A stretch of DNA of 46,385 nt from Bacillota bacterium (GTDB taxonomy: Bacteria > Bacillota > Clostridia > Christensenellales > CAG-138): assembly GCA_023458355.1 (NCBI GenBank), contig JAEWZS010000082.1, forward strand, positions 1-46,385. Reading direction: 5' to 3'. Position 1 is the stretch's first letter; every line of letters begins with the position of its first letter. The position numbers were made by a program, and so were the translations under genes. Below the pieces are notes generated by a model that worked only from the letters and a program-made list of their open reading frames with translations, was not told the DNA's origin and ran no database searches. Of this stretch, positions 17,903-28,157 are shown one piece after another.

Positions 17903-18902
17903 TCTCGTATACCTCCCTCAGCTTATCAACGCCAATGATGCAGCGGTAAGCCCGGCCGTCGCCAAATTGCGTATACGATATGTTCGATACCATGCATTCG
18001 GGCTTCACATACTTGCAGCGCTCTGCGAATCTGCACCCAAACGGCGGCTTTTTGAGGTTTGGAGGCGTGCCTGGTATTGCGGCGAGCTTTACATCGCGCG
18101 TACCCTCCTCGGGGACGATAATGGAGCCCATAAGCCCCTTGGAGTACGGGTGTATGGGATCAAACACCATTTCCTTGGCTGTGCCCTGCTCCACGATTTG
18201 CCCTGCGTACATCACCATGATATCGTCGGTAACATTATAAAGAAGCGGCAGCTCATGGGTGATGAATATCATGGACTTGATGAAGCCCTTTTCCATAAGG
18301 TCGCGCAGCATTTTAATGACCATCTTTTGGCTTGTTACGTCGAGTGCACTCGACGGTTCGTCGGCGATGAGTACCTTGGGTTTTAAGATGGTGGAAATGG
18401 CGATTACGGTGCGCTGCTTCATGCCGCCCGATAACTCCACAGGAAAGCGGTAAAGCACGCTCTCGGGAAGTCCGAGTACTTTGAAGCGATCCTTAGCGAG
18501 CTCCAATATTTCTTTTTTTGTGGTTTTCGGCTGGTGCGCAAGTATCACATCCTCCACAAAGTGGAGGATCTTGCGTGTGGGGTTGAGCGCATTCATGGCC
18601 GCCTGCGGTATATAGGCTATTTCCGTGCCGAGAACGGATTTGCGTACGTCGTCCGGTTTCATGGCGGTAATGATCTTACCGTCCACAATGATTTCACCTT
18701 TGATGTAATGGAGCGGTGCAAAATAGTAACCCATGAGGCTCAATGCAAGCGTCGATTTACCGCAGCCGCTCTCGCCCGCAATCCCAAGTGATTTACCCTC
18801 CTCGATTTTGAGGGAGACGCCGTCTACGGCATAGATGTCCTCGTGGAAGCGGGTGATGTATTTGGTGGAGAGGTCTTTTACCTCAAGTAGTACGTTTCCC
18901 AT
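17895..18902 (-). CDS. ABC transporter ATP-binding protein (Opp/Dpp family, OppD-like, with a C-terminal oligopeptide-type extension)
   Basis: Walker [10 protein letters not shown], signature LSGGMKQR and Walker [12 protein letters not shown]. The C-terminal HPYSKGL ... [11 protein letters not shown] matches the Opp-type C-terminal domain. Confidence 0.9.
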   Translation of the reverse strand: MGNVLLEVKDLSTKYITRFHEDIYAVDGVSLKIEEGKSLGIAGESGCGKSTLALSLMGYYFAPLHYIKGEIIVDGKIITAMKPDDVRKSVLGTEIAYIPQAAMNALNPTRKILHFVEDVILAHQPKTTKKEILELAKDRFKVLGLPESVLYRFPVELSGGMKQRTVIAISTILKPKVLIADEPSSALDVTSQKMVIKMLRDLMEKGFIKSMIFITHELPLLYNVTDDIMVMYAGQIVEQGTAKEMVFDPIHPYSKGLMGSIIVPEEGTRDVKLAAIPGTPPNLKKPPFGCRFAERCKYVKPECMVSNISYTQFGDGRAYRCIIGVDKLREVYENE

Positions 18903-18912
18903 AACCGGCCTC

Positions 18913-20163
18913 CTAATCTCGAAGCGTTGGGTTGAACACCTGATCGAGTCCGGTATTCATAAGGTTTAAAGAGAAGCTTATAAGCGCGATTACGATTAAC
19001 GCAGGCAGATATGCCCACCAAGAGCCGTTGAGATGTGCTGTATAAAGCATTGCCCAGTTCATCATGATGCCGAGAGTTGGCTCAGCGGTTGTCTTGGACC
19101 CGAGGCCGATCATCGAAAGAGAGGCCTCGGCAAGAATCGCTGAGCTTATTTGCAGAATAAACGCCATCACCACATACGAGGCGATGTAGGGAAGAATATC
19201 CGTAAATATGATGCGCATAAGGCTGTGGCCTGAAATCTTCGACAGATTCACGTGTTCTCGGTTTCGAAGCGAAATAACCTGCGAACGTACGGAACGTGCC
19301 GTCCATACCCATGCAGTTACACCAATCACGATTGCAACGGTGGACGGACCGCGTTGATCCTGACTTATGCTATAGGAAATCAGCAGCAACAGCACAAAGT
19401 TTGGAATAACCGTGAACAGGTTGATGATGAACATGATAATGTCGTCGCAAAGGCCACCGACGTAGCCGGCAAGAAGCCCCAGCATGAGCCCGATAAAGGT
19501 TGCAATTGCGCCTGCGATAAGGCCGATACGGAGCGACGTGCCGGTAGCAGATACAAGCTCTTTGAGCACATCGCGCCCGAAACTCTCCGTACCGAGCGGC
19601 AGGACCTTCACGTTTGCGACATCCTTTGTGTTCACATAGTCCGTGTTGACGATGGTTTCATGTTCGATACTCTCGCCCGTTTCCTCATCGTATTCGGCTA
19701 TGATAAGCGTAGCTCCGCGCTTGGCACTCTCGAGGGAGTTGTTTAGGCGCATATAATAGTTTCTCAATGCCTTGGTCATGCCCGCAGGCCTTTGGGAGAC
19801 GTCATAATTTTGCCACCAAAGGGCGAGGAGCGTATCCGTATCCGAAGGATCGACATCCTCCACATAAATGCCGATCACCTTTAGATAATCAAGCATGGCG
19901 ACACGATCCTCTTCCTTGAGGATCTTATCAATACGTTTTTCATCGGCACCGCTTAGCTTTATGGTCACCTTCTCAGCGTCAACAGCATCGTATAAGGATA
20001 CATAAATGCCGGGCTTTAGGAAGGAGCCGAGGCCTATCATCTCAAGCGGGTCACCGGGGTTGATAAGCGGATACACAACAAGCGTAAGTAATAGCGCCGT
20101 CATAATGATAAAACCGACCAGGAATTTCGGGGAACGGAATGCCTGTTTATATGTGTTTTTCAT
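18913..20163 (-). CDS. ABC transporter permease (OppC/DppC-like) with a large extracytoplasmic insertion
   Basis: The BPD-transporter core includes [10 protein letters not shown] (EAA-type loop). At 416 aa it is longer than the usual ~300 aa, because of a ~165-aa hydrophilic segment after TM1. Confidence 0.85.
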   Translation of the reverse strand: MKNTYKQAFRSPKFLVGFIIMTALLLTLVVYPLINPGDPLEMIGLGSFLKPGIYVSLYDAVDAEKVTIKLSGADEKRIDKILKEEDRVAMLDYLKVIGIYVEDVDPSDTDTLLALWWQNYDVSQRPAGMTKALRNYYMRLNNSLESAKRGATLIIAEYDEETGESIEHETIVNTDYVNTKDVANVKVLPLGTESFGRDVLKELVSATGTSLRIGLIAGAIATFIGLMLGLLAGYVGGLCDDIIMFIINLFTVIPNFVLLLLISYSISQDQRGPSTVAIVIGVTAWVWTARSVRSQVISLRNREHVNLSKISGHSLMRIIFTDILPYIASYVVMAFILQISSAILAEASLSMIGLGSKTTAEPTLGIMMNWAMLYTAHLNGSWWAYLPALIVIALISFSLNLMNTGLDQVFNPTLRD

Positions 20164-20177
20164 AAATTCCGCCCTCC

Positions 20178-21182
20178 TTAATCAAATTGCGCTGCTTTAA
20201 CGCGCGGATCAATAAACCCGTAAATGATATCGATGGCAGTTGTAGCGAGAAGCACCATAATTGTGATAATAAGCGTTGTGGCGCTTAAAAGCGGATAGTC
20301 GTTCATGGTTACGGCACTTAGCATGGCAGAGCCTAAGCCCGGGTAACTGAACACGATTTCGGCGATAAGCGCGCCGCCGACCATCGTGCCTATGGAAAGC
20401 GCCAGCCCCGTCACCTGCGGCAGCATAGCGTTGCGGAACACATAACCAACGATTTTACGATCCTTGATGCCGAGGAAACGGCTGTATTTCACATAATCCG
20501 CGTTAAGCTCGTAAATAGACATGGAACGCATACCGATTGCCTGCCCGCCGATGGAAATCACAACGATCGACAAAAATGGCAGCCAGTAATGTTCCAGCAC
20601 GGATTTGATAAATTTCATGGAAAATTCAGGAATTAAATCGAAACCGTAGCCGCCGGATGTCGGCGCTACCTTAAGGCCTATGGCAAAAACCACCAACAAT
20701 ATAATAGCCATACCAAAGGCGGGTATGCCGCTAACGAGCAGGCATACGGGCATAATGAGCTTGTCGAAGCCTTTACGAATGTAAGCAGCAAGTGCGCCCA
20801 GGACATTGCCTACGATCCAGCCCACAATAATAGCCGGAAACTGCAAGGCGATTGTCCACCAAATAGAACTTGCGATGATATCAGAAACAGGACGCGGATA
20901 TTGGCTGAAAGATACGCCGAAATCGACTTTCAGCATGTTTTGGAAGTAGATAATTGCCTGCTCATACATTGGCTTATCGGTGCCGAATTTGCGAGCATAT
21001 TCTTCATAAATGTGCTTAGTGGCGTTCGCGTCGGATATGCCGCGTGCGGTCTTTGACATAATGACCGCCACAGGATCACCCGGCAGCAGTCGCGGCAGAA
21101 TAAAGTTAAGAAGCACCGCGATCACGAATGTAAGCACAAACCAAATCAGCTTCTTGCCGAAATATTTGCGATAACCTTTCAT
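20178..21182 (-). CDS. ABC transporter permease (OppB/DppB-like)
   Basis: [37 protein letters not shown] is the classical OppB N-terminus. The start at 21182 follows GGGGGTGA. The track start at 21212 is probably too long. Confidence 0.85.
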   Translation of the reverse strand: MKGYRKYFGKKLIWFVLTFVIAVLLNFILPRLLPGDPVAVIMSKTARGISDANATKHIYEEYARKFGTDKPMYEQAIIYFQNMLKVDFGVSFSQYPRPVSDIIASSIWWTIALQFPAIIVGWIVGNVLGALAAYIRKGFDKLIMPVCLLVSGIPAFGMAIILLVVFAIGLKVAPTSGGYGFDLIPEFSMKFIKSVLEHYWLPFLSIVVISIGGQAIGMRSMSIYELNADYVKYSRFLGIKDRKIVGYVFRNAMLPQVTGLALSIGTMVGGALIAEIVFSYPGLGSAMLSAVTMNDYPLLSATTLIITIMVLLATTAIDIIYGFIDPRVKAAQFD

Positions 21183-21260
21183 TGTTTCACCCCCGAATGA
21201 AGAAACAGCCATGTTTCTTACATGTATTGTCGAAACATGGCTGTTTCTCTTTCATACCTG

Positions 21261-23150
21261 TTAGCCTACAAGCTGAAGATCATAGAGAGCAGCGATGCCA
21301 TAACCATCGGTGCAATCCATCGGCGGGATGTTCCTGCCGTCGCCGGATTCGGGGTAGTTCGTCCAGACAGATTCGTTCACAGCGTGGAATTTGTCAGGGC
21401 GATACATGAGCGAGAACGAGGGTACGTCGGTGAGGTAAATCTCGACTGCTTCGGTGTAGTACGCCTTCAGCTGCGCGGGATCGCTCTCAAGAGGAATCAG
21501 CTTGACGAGCTCGTCAATGCGGGGGTTGGAGTAATGACCCCAGTTGCCGCTCCAGTTGTTTTCAACACCGTTGAACTCGGAGCTCATAAGCATACGCATA
21601 CGGCCCCAGGGCTGCGACGGGGTAGCGGAGTCGGTCCACATCATGAAGATGTCATAGTCGGACTGCGAAGCAGAGGTGACAACAGTCTGGTACACGCTCC
21701 ACTCGGGGAACTCGGTCACGATCTCAATGCCGATCTTTTCACCGGCAGCAGCTACGATTTCCATAGCAGCCTGCCAGTCGGTCCAGCCGTTCGGGCAGCA
21801 GGCATTGTAGGAAAGCTTCGTGCCGTCGATCTCGCGGTATCCGTCGCCGTCGGCATCCACGATACCCGCCGCCTCGAGAATCGCCTTGGCGCCTTCGATG
21901 TCATTGCCGGCCCACTGTAGGTTCTTGGCGGCGATGGCTGCTTTATCATACTGTGCCTGCTCACCATCGGTCGGATTCATGAGGGAACGCGGCACCTGTT
22001 GGAATGTCGGGCTCTGGCCGGTCATGGCGTTGGTGTTGATAGCATCATAATCTACCGCCATGGCAATGGCCTTACGTACGGCTGCGTTGTCAAGGCCGAA
22101 GGAGCTCATGTTAAACCAAGCTGTCGGCATATTGACGCAGACGCCATAGGGAGGTTCATCGAGATAAGTGGAGATGGGCAGACCGTCCTTCTCCCACATG
22201 TCCTGAATGTTGGAAATGAACTGCTGGCAAACGTCAACCTCGCCCGCAGCAAACGCCACCTGACCGGCGGGGTTATCGGCATAGATGCTATGGCAGAGGT
22301 ACTTCGGTACAGGCAGCTTGCCCCACATGGAGGCATCCTGTCCCCAGTAGTTGTCATCGCGAACGAACACGACCTTCTGGTCGTCGGAATAGAACTTGGT
22401 GTACGGGCCGGACCATACAACGTCGTCGCCGGGATCCTGCTTGATGGTGTCAGCGGTGTTGCGGGCTTCAAGGGTTTCAAGCCATGCTTTCTGGATGATG
22501 TAAGCCTGCACGATGAAGCATTCGAGCTGCAGGGGGTTCGTGGGCTTGCCCTCTTCATTAAGCGTGGAGGTGATGACAACGGTAGAAGCATCAGTCGCCT
22601 CTACGGACGCAATGTACGGGCCGTAGCCGGTGCCCATGGAGTTCGCATACTTAACGCCGCATGCCCAGGTATAAGCTACGTCATCGGCGGTGATGGGGGT
22701 GCCATCACTCCACTTCGCAGCAGCCTTGATTTTAACGGTCATCTGGGTCTTGTCGGCATTCCAGACGGGGTCGCCGTCCGCGATAAGCGGGGTCTTAGAG
22801 CCGTCAAGCATGTTGTACATGTACAGGGTCTCGAACATGACGATGCGGCTGCCGCCTGCCGAGTCAGCAAGCGCCATGGCGTTGTTGTTGTCGTTGCTCA
22901 GCGGGTTCCAGCCAACTACTGCGCCCCACTGCTGGCCTGCAAAATACAACGTCTCGTTACGGGGAAGTTCGCCGCCCGGCGTTACCACTTCTGCCGTGGG
23001 CTCGGTCGGCGCCTCGGATACGGGCGCCTCAGTCGCAGGTGCCTGCGTGGGCTCGGTCGTTGCGGTCGGCGTACAGGCTGTGAGCATAACGCCCATCACC
23101 ATGACAACCGCCAGAACGAGCGCCAGGAATTTCCAAGAGCGATTTTTCAT
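21261..23150 (-). CDS. Lipoprotein solute-binding protein, family 5 (Opp/Dpp-type)
   Basis: [26 protein letters not shown] has a lipobox (LTAC), followed by a Thr/Pro/Ala/Glu linker and a ~580-aa SBP_bac_5-like body. The ATG at 23150 follows AGGAGG. Confidence 0.85.
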   Translation of the reverse strand: MKNRSWKFLALVLAVVMVMGVMLTACTPTATTEPTQAPATEAPVSEAPTEPTAEVVTPGGELPRNETLYFAGQQWGAVVGWNPLSNDNNNAMALADSAGGSRIVMFETLYMYNMLDGSKTPLIADGDPVWNADKTQMTVKIKAAAKWSDGTPITADDVAYTWACGVKYANSMGTGYGPYIASVEATDASTVVITSTLNEEGKPTNPLQLECFIVQAYIIQKAWLETLEARNTADTIKQDPGDDVVWSGPYTKFYSDDQKVVFVRDDNYWGQDASMWGKLPVPKYLCHSIYADNPAGQVAFAAGEVDVCQQFISNIQDMWEKDGLPISTYLDEPPYGVCVNMPTAWFNMSSFGLDNAAVRKAIAMAVDYDAINTNAMTGQSPTFQQVPRSLMNPTDGEQAQYDKAAIAAKNLQWAGNDIEGAKAILEAAGIVDADGDGYREIDGTKLSYNACCPNGWTDWQAAMEIVAAAGEKIGIEIVTEFPEWSVYQTVVTSASQSDYDIFMMWTDSATPSQPWGRMRMLMSSEFNGVENNWSGNWGHYSNPRIDELVKLIPLESDPAQLKAYYTEAVEIYLTDVPSFSLMYRPDKFHAVNESVWTNYPESGDGRNIPPMDCTDGYGIAALYDLQLVG

Positions 23151-23240
23151 GTCTATTCCTCCTGTTTGATGTTTTATCGTTATGGCCGCGAGTGCGGTCC
23201 ATAGCACAAAAGAAATCCGGGAAAGACTTGAACTTGAAAA

Positions 23241-24266
23241 TTAAAGTTGTTTAACCGTTTCCCCTTCGAGTACCGTGCCAGGTATGAACACATGCGAAGG
23301 TATATCACCCTTGGGGGATTTCATCGCTTGTACGAGCATCTGTGCGGCTACAATACCGAGCTTTTCTGTATCCTGTTTAAGGGTAGTCAACCTTGGGCGG
23401 AATACCTGTGAAAGGTAGATGCCGTCATAACCGACAACGCTTATATCGTCAGGGATTGTAAGCCCGTTGGCTTCAATTTCATTCATGCCGCCTATGAAGG
23501 CGAAATCGTCGGGATAGAGTATGCAGGTAGGTCTGTTGGAAAGCTGAAGAAGCTCGCGCGTTGCAGCTGCACTCGCGGGCGGTTCGTGGAATATCGCCTC
23601 TTTTATGTACTCGTCCGGCACATCAATTTTGAGCTCCTCGCAGGTCTTATAAAAGCTTGCAAGGCGGTATTTGGTGACTGCAACACTTTGCTGGCCGGTG
23701 ATGAATGCAATCTTTCTATGTCCTTTGTTGTAAATATGGTGAATCAAATCGTGCATGCACTGCACGTTGTCGGAGAGCACCGCACTTTTAAAGCTGTATA
23801 CATGATCGATGGTAACGATAGGAAGGTCGCTGTCCATAAGCTCCATGACTTGCGGATCCGAAAAATCGACACCGGCGACAAGCACACCGTCGCAGTTGCG
23901 GTAGCGGCAATGTTCGAGATATGTCATGGATGTGCCGCCGATGTTGCGTGTGATGAAAGTAAAATCGTAGCCGTTCGCTTCCGCCTCATGCTGGAAGCTG
24001 CCGATAACCTGCGCAAAAAACTCATGCGCAAGCCCGCCGATGAGGTTGCCGTGCTTGCCGCTTTCGGCCAGCAAAATGCCGATGTTAAAAGAGCGGTTGG
24101 TTTTCAGCGCTCGTGCTGCCGCATTGGGGAAGTATCCCATTTTTTTAGCAGTATCGCGTATACGCTTTGCGGTTTCGGCACCGATATCGGAGGCGTTGTT
24201 GAGCGCCTTGCTGACCGATGCGACAGATACGCCGCAGACTTCCGCAATTTGTTTAATGGTTGCCAT
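23241..24266 (-). CDS. LacI-family transcriptional regulator
   Basis: MATIKQIAEVCGVSVASVSKALN HTH plus a periplasmic-binding-protein-like sugar-binding core. The ATG at 24266 has GGGG 9 nt upstream. The alternative ATG at 24275 has no spacer to it. Confidence 0.9.
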   Translation of the reverse strand: MATIKQIAEVCGVSVASVSKALNNASDIGAETAKRIRDTAKKMGYFPNAAARALKTNRSFNIGILLAESGKHGNLIGGLAHEFFAQVIGSFQHEAEANGYDFTFITRNIGGTSMTYLEHCRYRNCDGVLVAGVDFSDPQVMELMDSDLPIVTIDHVYSFKSAVLSDNVQCMHDLIHHIYNKGHRKIAFITGQQSVAVTKYRLASFYKTCEELKIDVPDEYIKEAIFHEPPASAAATRELLQLSNRPTCILYPDDFAFIGGMNEIEANGLTIPDDISVVGYDGIYLSQVFRPRLTTLKQDTEKLGIVAAQMLVQAMKSPKGDIPSHVFIPGTVLEGETVKQL

Positions 24267-24316
24267 GGTAAACATCCCCGATTACATCAAAAATGCGGCT
24301 CACGCCGAAATATCCG

Positions 24317-24334
24317 CAGTAAAACGTTTTCGTG
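24317..24334. promoter_or_regulatory. Operator-like palindrome 1 (LacI-family or cre-like)
   Basis: CAGTAAAACGTTTTCGTG has a perfect 10-bp palindrome core, AAAACGTTTT. It shares the 12-mer AAACGTTTTCGT with site 2. Confidence 0.45.
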
Positions 24335-24452
24335 AAAATTCCCGAATTTTTCCCATGTTTTTCGAATGTTACAAATGGTAATTTTAGCGATTGGACTTTA
24401 TAAAAACCTGACAGACCGAAAGGTCTCGAGGGAAAATGATTCTGCTTAATCT

Positions 24453-24470
24453 TACTTAAACGTTTTCGTA
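24453..24470. promoter_or_regulatory. Operator-like palindrome 2
   Basis: TACTTAAACGTTTTCGTA is an 18-bp imperfect palindrome (14/18) with the same 12-mer AAACGTTTTCGT. A third inverted half-site, ACGAAAACG, is at 24635-24643. Confidence 0.45.
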
Positions 24471-24573
24471 ATTGACACCTTTATTATATTTTTGAAAACC
24501 GCGCTTGTCAAGTACATAGAATATATTTTTTCTTTTTTTTGTAAAAGTCTCCATACTACCGAGTACCGAGCCG

Positions 24574-24602
24574 TTGACAATAAACGTACGGAACCTTAGT
24601 AT
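24574..24602 (+). promoter_or_regulatory. Sigma-A-type promoter candidate for the GH2 gene
   Basis: TTGACA (24574-24579), a 17-nt spacer, then TAGTAT (24597-24602). The half-site ACGAAAACG lies between it and the RBS AGGAGGG (24651-24657). Confidence 0.4.
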
Positions 24603-24662
24603 GAAAGTATCGTCTGTCTATTTCTTCCACATCTACGAAAACGAATGAGCAGGAGGGCTACT

Positions 24663-27089
24663 ATGCTTAATCAATCCCTCAACGGTGCATGGACATTTGT
24701 GAATAACGGTATAAACGAACGCATGGATGCGCTTGTTCCGGGCTCCGTATACGCCGATCTATTAAGGCTAAACCGTATGAAAGACCCTTTCTGGCGCGAT
24801 AACGAAACGGAAGCGCTCGCACTTATGGAAAGCGATTATACCTACTCTCGAAGCTTTTTTGTCGGTAAAGCACTTTTAAACTGTGCTTGCGTGTATCTAA
24901 GGTGCGAAGGGCTTGATACGCTTGCCATGGTTCACATAAACGGCAGTTTAATCGGCAAAGCCGACAACATGCATCGCATATGGGAATGGGATATAAAGCC
25001 GTTTTTGAAGGAGGGGGAAAATACGATTGATATCGATTTCTCCTCCCCCACGCGTTATATTAAGGAGGCCTATAAAGAAAGCCGCGCTGACGGCACGTCC
25101 GATGCGATGACGGGTTTCCCGCTCCTTCGCAAGGCACACTGCATGTTCGGTTGGGACTGGGGCCCGCGCCTGCCGGATATGGGTATTTGGCGTAACATTT
25201 CCCTTATCGGTGTGGAAAAAGTACGCATTCAAAACGTGCATGTCCGTCAAAAACACGAAAACGGAACCGTATTACTACACATACAAACCGCTTTGGAGCA
25301 TATGCAGGAAGCGGATTTTCAAATACGCACAACCGTGATCGCACCTGACGGTACAACGTTTGAGGCAGCCGGAGAAAATGTAGATTTCCTGCTGCTGCAT
25401 CCCATGCTCTGGTGGCCAAACGGCTTGGGTAAGCATCCGCTCTACACAGTTCGCGTCGGTGTTTACGAAAACGATAAACCACTTGACTTTTGGGAGAAAC
25501 GAATAGGCCTTCGCACGCTCACGGTGCATATTGAAAAGGACGAATGGGGCGAGTGTTTCTGCCATAGGGTGAACGATGTGGATGTATTTGCAATGGGAGC
25601 CGATTACATCCCTCAGGATAACATACTTTCGCGTGTGACGCCCGAGCGCACACGCGTCTTATTACAAGATGCCGCAAACTTTCATTTCAACACCATACGC
25701 GTATGGGGCGGCGGATATTATCCCGATGATTTCTTTTACGATATCTGCGATGAGCTAGGGCTTCTCGTATGGCAGGATTTCATGTTCGCCTGTGCGGTAT
25801 ATAACCTGACGGAACCTTTTGAAGAAAGCATACGTGCTGAGGTCGTCGATAACGTGCGGCGATTAAGGCACCATGCCTCACTGGCTCTGTGGTGCGGCAA
25901 TAATGAAATGGAACAGTTCGTCGCTGAAGGGCTATGGGTATCTCACCCGCGGCAAAAAGCGGACTACGTTAAAATGTACGTGTATATCTTCCCGAACATT
26001 CTAAAAAAACAAGACCCGGATACATTTTATTGGCCTGCAAGCCCTTCCTCCGGAGGAAGCTTCGATAAGCCCAACGACCCTGATCGCGGAGATGTGCATT
26101 ATTGGGAGGTATGGCACGGAGGACTTCCTTTTACCGATTACCGCAACCACCTGTTCCGTTACGTTTCGGAGTTCGGCTTTCAATCCTTCCCCTCTTTAAA
26201 AACCATCGAGAGCTTCACGCTCCCCGAGGATAGAAATGTGTTTTCCTATGTGATGGAAAAGCACCAGAGAAATGCCTCCGCCAATGGTAAAATCGTAGGA
26301 TATCTGGCGCAGATGTACCTTTACCCGCAAAACCTCGACACACTTTCCTACGCCTCGCAGCTTTTACAGGCGCAAGCCATGCAGTACGGTGTGGAGCACT
26401 GGCGGCGCAACCGCGGCCGCTGTATGGGTGCTGTCATCTGGCAACTCAACGACTGCTGGCCCGTGGCAAGCTGGTCGTCTATCGACTATTACGGGCGTTT
26501 GAAAGCACTCCATTACTACGCAGGACGTTTCTTCGCACCCGTGCTCCTCTCCTGCTGTGAGGAAGGCATCCTATCGCAAAACACCAACCTAAATGCGGAG
26601 CCTTTTGCCCTTAAAAAAAGCGCTAAGCTCAATGTGAGCAACGAAACGCTAACGCCGTTTGACGGAATTGTGCGTTGGTCGCTTCGACGAAACGATGCAA
26701 GCGTTCTTCAAGAAGGTATGTTTGAAGTAAATGTGCCCGCAATGAACGCTATGTGGCTTGACGAGCAGGACTTTTCATATGCGGATACTTATGGATGCTA
26801 TTATAGTTACTCCCTCGAGCAAAACGGAAAGCTCGTCAGCTCCGGCAGCGTATTGTTCTGCCCGCCCAAGCATTTTCGCTTCCTTGACCCAATGCTTGAA
26901 GCGCGTGTTGAAGGCGATACAATCATCGTTAACGCCGCAGCCTATGCCCGATCGGTTGAGATCGTGTGCGATGGAGATGTTGTTCTAAGCGACAACTTCT
27001 TTGACATGGACGGCGGCGAACGCCGCGTCCGCATCCTTCGCGGTAAGCCCGACAAGGTACAAGCAAGGAGCGTGTTCGATATACGGTAA
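24663..27089 (+). CDS. GH2 beta-mannosidase
   Basis: LNGAWTF ... VPGSVYADLLRLNRMKDPFWRDNE N-terminus, WQDFMFAC, acid/base region WCGNNE and nucleophile region VSEFGFQSFP. These are beta-mannosidase-type GH2 motifs. The ATG at 24663 lies 5 nt after AGGAGGG. Confidence 0.9.
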   Translation: MLNQSLNGAWTFVNNGINERMDALVPGSVYADLLRLNRMKDPFWRDNETEALALMESDYTYSRSFFVGKALLNCACVYLRCEGLDTLAMVHINGSLIGKADNMHRIWEWDIKPFLKEGENTIDIDFSSPTRYIKEAYKESRADGTSDAMTGFPLLRKAHCMFGWDWGPRLPDMGIWRNISLIGVEKVRIQNVHVRQKHENGTVLLHIQTALEHMQEADFQIRTTVIAPDGTTFEAAGENVDFLLLHPMLWWPNGLGKHPLYTVRVGVYENDKPLDFWEKRIGLRTLTVHIEKDEWGECFCHRVNDVDVFAMGADYIPQDNILSRVTPERTRVLLQDAANFHFNTIRVWGGGYYPDDFFYDICDELGLLVWQDFMFACAVYNLTEPFEESIRAEVVDNVRRLRHHASLALWCGNNEMEQFVAEGLWVSHPRQKADYVKMYVYIFPNILKKQDPDTFYWPASPSSGGSFDKPNDPDRGDVHYWEVWHGGLPFTDYRNHLFRYVSEFGFQSFPSLKTIESFTLPEDRNVFSYVMEKHQRNASANGKIVGYLAQMYLYPQNLDTLSYASQLLQAQAMQYGVEHWRRNRGRCMGAVIWQLNDCWPVASWSSIDYYGRLKALHYYAGRFFAPVLLSCCEEGILSQNTNLNAEPFALKKSAKLNVSNETLTPFDGIVRWSLRRNDASVLQEGMFEVNVPAMNAMWLDEQDFSYADTYGCYYSYSLEQNGKLVSSGSVLFCPPKHFRFLDPMLEARVEGDTIIVNAAAYARSVEIVCDGDVVLSDNFFDMDGGERRVRILRGKPDKVQARSVFDIR

Positions 27090-27209
27090 TGCTTCGCGTT
27101 TCACGTTTTTTTAAAATGCTTCACTTTTCCCCTTACAGGTACGACTGATATAGCCCCCGGCGACAAGTAAGGTTGACACTATTCTTCCTTATAGTAAGGG
27201 ATGGTGATC

Positions 27210-27431
27210 ATGAGAACTTTAAAGAGTAAGGTTCACCGCCTTTCTTATGGCGGATTTGACCCCAATGCATCCGCACGGGAGAACGCAGATCGTTACAATA
27301 CTTACCGCCGCACGAGCGGCGGCGGTGGAGACGGGAAAAACAGCGGAAACGGCAAAGGCGGCTTCGCGCTCGTTCTAATACTTATACTTCTGCTGTTAGC
27401 GTTTTTGAACATGTGCGTTTCAAACAGATAA
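27210..27431 (+). CDS. Small hypothetical tail-anchored membrane protein (~73 aa)
   Basis: It has a Gly/Asn/Lys-rich low-complexity middle (SGGGGDGKNSGNGKGG) and a C-terminal TM helix (FALVLILILLLLAFLNMCV). AAGGGA lies upstream and a strong terminator lies directly downstream. No family was recognised. Confidence 0.4.
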   Translation: MRTLKSKVHRLSYGGFDPNASARENADRYNTYRRTSGGGGDGKNSGNGKGGFALVLILILLLLAFLNMCVSNR

Positions 27432-27439
27432 TCTAAGGC

Positions 27440-27480
27440 AAAAAACAGGAGCGATCCAACAGATCGCTCCTGTAATTTTT
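27440..27480. terminator. Bidirectional rho-independent terminator
   Basis: An 11-bp perfect stem CAGGAGCGATC-CAACA-GATCGCTCCTG, flanked by AAAAAA on the left and TAATTTTT on the right. It sits between convergent genes. Confidence 0.75.
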
Positions 27481-28157
27481 CAGTCATCCGTTAACGTACC
27501 GCTTCCGCTTATGGGGATTGCCTCTCCCAAATAGGTGGGCAGCGGTGTAAAAACTGTCATCGCGAAATCCTTTATGCGGGCGAAAAACTCACGAAAGTCA
27601 TTATAAGCTTCATTGTTGTAGATCCGAGGTGACGACGGAACACCATATGCGTCAAGGCCGAGCGATCTTGCCACATAAACTGCTCGATAAAGATGGAATT
27701 CCTGCGTAACAATTACGATTCTTTTCGCTTGAAAGACATCCCTTGCGCGGTACATGGATTCATACGTCGAAAAACCTGCGTGATCCATAAATACATGCTC
27801 CTCTTGAATGCCCTGATTCACTGCATACTGCTTCATATGATTTACTTCGTCGTACCCCGGTGTGCCATGGTCGCCGCTCATCAAAATCCTGTCTGAAACC
27901 CCTGCCTCATATAGGCTGATACCCTGTAGCACACGATCCTCCAGCATTGCAGATAGATTTCCGTTTTTCCTTACCTTTGCGCCCAATACTAAAATGCAGT
28001 CGGCATCAATATTTTCAACGTCCTGTGGCGAAAGTATATAAGGCCTCGATACTCCTATAACAATCCCGTTTATGATAAACGGAGATAAAATAATTAGAAG
28101 CAGCAAGAGTAAAATGACGACCATGCGCTTTTTGCTTTTAGATTTTTGCTTTTTCAT
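27480..28157 (-). CDS. SanA / YdcF (DUF218) family envelope protein
   Basis: MKKQKSKSKKRMVVILLLLLLIILSPFIINGIV membrane anchor, then DADCILVLGAKV ... ILMSGDHGTPGYDEVNHMK ... IVTQEFHLYRAVY, the typical SanA layout. The start was taken at the ATG at 28157. Confidence 0.8.
   Translation of the reverse strand: MKKQKSKSKKRMVVILLLLLLIILSPFIINGIVIGVSRPYILSPQDVENIDADCILVLGAKVRKNGNLSAMLEDRVLQGISLYEAGVSDRILMSGDHGTPGYDEVNHMKQYAVNQGIQEEHVFMDHAGFSTYESMYRARDVFQAKRIVIVTQEFHLYRAVYVARSLGLDAYGVPSSPRIYNNEAYNDFREFFARIKDFAMTVFTPLPTYLGEAIPISGSGTLTDD

Noticed and set aside
17066-23150. Taking the Opp/Dpp annotation at face value as an oligopeptide importer
   Set aside because: The genomic context (LacI regulator, GH3/GH94/GH1 genes in the same direction with short gaps) makes a sugar substrate more likely. 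It is reported as a finding rather than called a peptide transporter.
21999-23204. A 401-aa ORF on the + strand
   Set aside because: It is entirely antisense to the SBP gene, which has a lipobox, an AGGAGG RBS and a family-5 SBP body. The antisense product is Arg/Gly/Ala-rich with no recognisable motifs. This is a typical shadow ORF of a GC-biased gene.
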